DNA of 37,332 nt from Mesotaenium endlicherianum (lineage: Eukaryota), in assembly GCA_009602735.1 (NCBI GenBank), contig WELA01002258.1, positions 998,387 to 1,035,718 of the forward strand. The letters run 5' to 3'. Positions 34,823 through 37,332 of this stretch are shown here, piece by piece (the first letter of the stretch is position 1; every line of letters starts with the position of its first letter). The translations under genes and the position numbers were made by a program. The notes beneath the pieces were generated by a model, which was not told the DNA's origin, searched no databases, and saw nothing but the letters and a program-made list of their open reading frames with translations.

Positions 34823-37176
34823 ATGACAGGTGATGATAAGGATGAAAATCCTAAGTTCAAGCTGTCTACAAAGTGTTTTAGTGGACGAACCGGTGTAAAT
34901 AGTCTCACTTTCGAAGAGTTTGACGACATCTATTGGGCTGATTTCTTTGGAAAAATCCGAAAGGATTCTTCTTACACTCAGTTAGTCCCTTTTATAAGCT
35001 TGCTTCAGTACTTGGACAAGAATGCCTTGTTGCTTTATCGCCAATTCCGGAAGGATGAGAACCTTACCCAGGAATGGGCGTTTGATGAGCAAAAGAAGGC
35101 GAGGGATATAAAAATCCAGAAAGAGGCTGCGAAAGCCCGCCTGTTCGCTTTGTCATCAGTAGAGCAATACCTGCTGCACCTGTTGAGAGCGTAGACTTAG
35201 TTGCACTAACACAAGAATTCACAGATGCCATGAAGCAACTCACCGAGGGTCAGCAGCGAGCGGCTACTCTAGATGATGATGCTGGGTCTGTCGCAGAACT
35301 GCGAAAAGTGTGTGCAGAATTGTCTGAAAAGATTGCTAATGCTCAGGAACGAGTAACACGCAGGGCTGCACCTTTTACAGGGCAGCATGGTGATAGTACC
35401 ACCACGGAAGCAAGCCATGCGCAAGCGTTGGCTAGTTGCCGTTGGGATATGGAGGCTGGGGATGACCAGTTAGACTCTGAGCACTGTCTGCGTCGTTTCT
35501 TTAAGTTGCTTGAAGCAAAATTCACAGAGGATCGCAGTCTTAAGGTGCACCGTTATGTGCATTTTGTCCGTCAGAAGAACGAGACAGTGATGGAGGTCAA
35601 ATCCAGATTGGTAGACCTTGCCAAGAAGGCAGGAATCTATGAGCCTAGGATTGTGGCTGACAAATTCTTATTGTGTCTCAGTAAAGACACAGATCGGGAG
35701 GTCAGGCCGCAACTATCTGCGAAACGCGAAATCGACTTGAACATCGACGAGGCTGCTGAAATAGCACGCAATATCGAGGAAGGTAAAGTCTGGTACAAGG
35801 AGGCGTCCAAGACGCTTATGGCTCCTGAGAGAAGGGAGGAATCCTTTCAGCCTAAGGCCAATAGCTCTAATTTTCAGTTTCAACGGAAGAGCGGGTCTTT
35901 CAAAAGGTTTGCTAAGCACGCCAACACTGCTGAGACAGCAGAGGGCTGTTGGAATTGCGGGAAATCAGGACATCAAAAGAGAGATTGTCCGTACTCGGAT
36001 ACTAAGCAATTGTCTGCTAGCAAGGCGCAGGTATGCGCACATTGCAGCAAAAAGGGACACCACGAAGATGAGTGTTGGTCTAAGAACCCAAATCTGAAGC
36101 CACCATGGGCTAATGCTGTCACAAAAGAGGCAGATAAGGGTAAGAAGGGGGAGAAAGATAACTCTGGTAATCGGAAGAGTAACCAGAAGTATGATGCTAT
36201 GAGTGCAGAGATTGCAGAGTTGAAAGCTCAATTTGCAAGACTAAATGTGCCTAATGTCTATTATGATGCAGATGTGGCCGAAAAGAGCGTCTGTAAAGGC
36301 GAGAAGCTGACGCCTGAGAAGGCCGTGGCTGCAACGGCTGCGGAGCGCGCAGATCATGACCGTCTGGTTCCAAGGAATTTTGGGAAGCTTCCTTAGACCT
36401 TTCGGATCACTCTCGATGAAAACGAGATTGCGCAGCTACGACAAGCCAAGCCTGGGCCACGCAAGACATTTAGTTTTTCGCTAGAAAAGCTGAAGGCTCT
36501 GGTGGAACACCGGATTCAGCACATTCCTTGTCTTTCACTCGCTGATCTGCGTCTTACGTATCCTTTCACGGTTGAAGAAGCCGGACGGCAGCTGGACATA
36601 GCTGAGGAAGGCGCAAACAGCGCTTCGCTGCCTACTAATTTCAGCACTGTGAGAGTGCAGAACAAGGATAGAGTTTTGACGTTCAACAACTGGGCCGCTC
36701 CCAATATCCTATTGGACACTGGCGCACAGCCAGTAATCTTGGGAAAGCGAGCTGTGAAAGCTCTGGGATTGACGGCAAGGGACCTGAAAGAAAGTCCTTT
36801 TCAGTTGACAACAGAATCTGGGTAGATTTCAAAGTCTTGTGGAATTACCTGCAAGCCTGTGAAAATCACAGTGAACATGGGGAAACCTGAGGAGGCGTCA
36901 CTACTCATAGAATGCACGGTGACAGAGGCAGAGAACTATGATGTTCTTTTGGGGACAGAAGCTCTGATTCCCCTGGGTATGGTCATCGACCTGCGGAAGC
37001 AGAGGGTGACCTACCAGTCAACAGATCGGCAGCCGACAAGAGAAATTCCTGTAAAAATGGTTTGCTCGGAAAAGGCAAACTACGAACTGCTAGACTGTTG
37101 TGTGAATGACCGGTATCCAGGCCATTCTGACCTCATCATGCAACGCGAAGAGGAGGGCTACACCAGCGTCAGATAA
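34823..37176 (+). pseudogene. Degraded gag-protease ORF of the host (Y-family) retrotransposon
   Basis: MTGDDKDENPKF.. start; frameshift near 35150-35230; two CCHC knuckles CWNCGKSGHQKRDC and CAHCSKKGHHEDEC; protease LLDTGAQPVILG..YDVLLGTEAL; in-frame TAG stops at 36394-36396 and 36823-36825. Confidence 0.85.
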
Positions 37177-37258
37177 TGGAGCAACTGGAAGCTGTGAGTA
37201 ACAGGGACCGTGGCCCGCAAGAGCTGCTACCAGTTCCCAATCCAGTTAAGTTTGCTGC

Positions 37259-37332
37259 TGTAATGAATCAGTATATTAGTGGATATAATATTCATTTAAA
37301 TATAATAGTTAATTAAGTTCAGCCTGCTGAAC
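37259..37332 (+). mobile_element. Possible start of another nested LTR
   Basis: Abrupt switch from coding-like to very AT-rich sequence beginning TGTAATG; truncated by the window edge. Confidence 0.3.

Larger units (their letters stand above)
26526..37258 (+). mobile_element. 5' portion of a second copy of the split-repeat (Y...X-Y-X) gypsy-like retrotransposon, interrupted by the chromovirus; extends to or beyond the right edge
   Basis: Begins TGTCG with repeat Y (26526-27764), then a leader (27765-28097 plus 34783-34822), then a gag/protease pseudogene. Confidence 0.8.

Noticed and set aside
36394..36396. TAG between gag and protease of the host element as programmed readthrough
   Set aside because: The ORF has another in-frame TAG inside the protease and a frameshift, so mutational decay is the simpler explanation.
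26526..37258. Calling the split-repeat element a DIRS/PAT/Ngaro tyrosine-recombinase retrotransposon
   Set aside because: No tyrosine recombinase motifs are visible. The aspartic protease, PPT, TG...CA termini and integrase-tail-like region point to gypsy. It is not fully excluded because the pol core is outside the window.

Overview
Eukaryotic, intron-rich genomic DNA with GT-AG introns, (CA)n/(GA)n-rich introns and GC-rich exons. The RLK/Pelle kinase and MOR1 point to a streptophyte, probably an alga (inference). Left to right: (i) five internal minus-strand exons of MOR1/XMAP215, whose 5' half is not found in the window; (ii) the 3' end of a gypsy-like retrotransposon with a PHD finger, ending in an unusual PPT-X-GC-Y-X terminal repeat block; (iii) a decayed hAT transposase; (iv) a 34-exon minus-strand receptor-like kinase of about 2,220 aa with a signal peptide, ten malectin domains in five tandem two-domain modules, one TM helix and an RD kinase; (v) the 5' end of a second copy of the same retrotransposon family (Y repeat, candidate self-priming site, degraded gag-protease), interrupted by (vi) an intact, young chromovirus with 503-bp LTRs, a CACGA TSD, a -1 gag-pol frameshift signal and a chromodomain. 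Two results stand out. One is the split-LTR layout (Y...internal...X-Y-X) with a palindromic CGACA-GC-TGTCG junction, which fits integration from a 2-LTR circle opened inside one LTR. The other is the ten-malectin RLK. All calls come from manual reading; no database searches were run.
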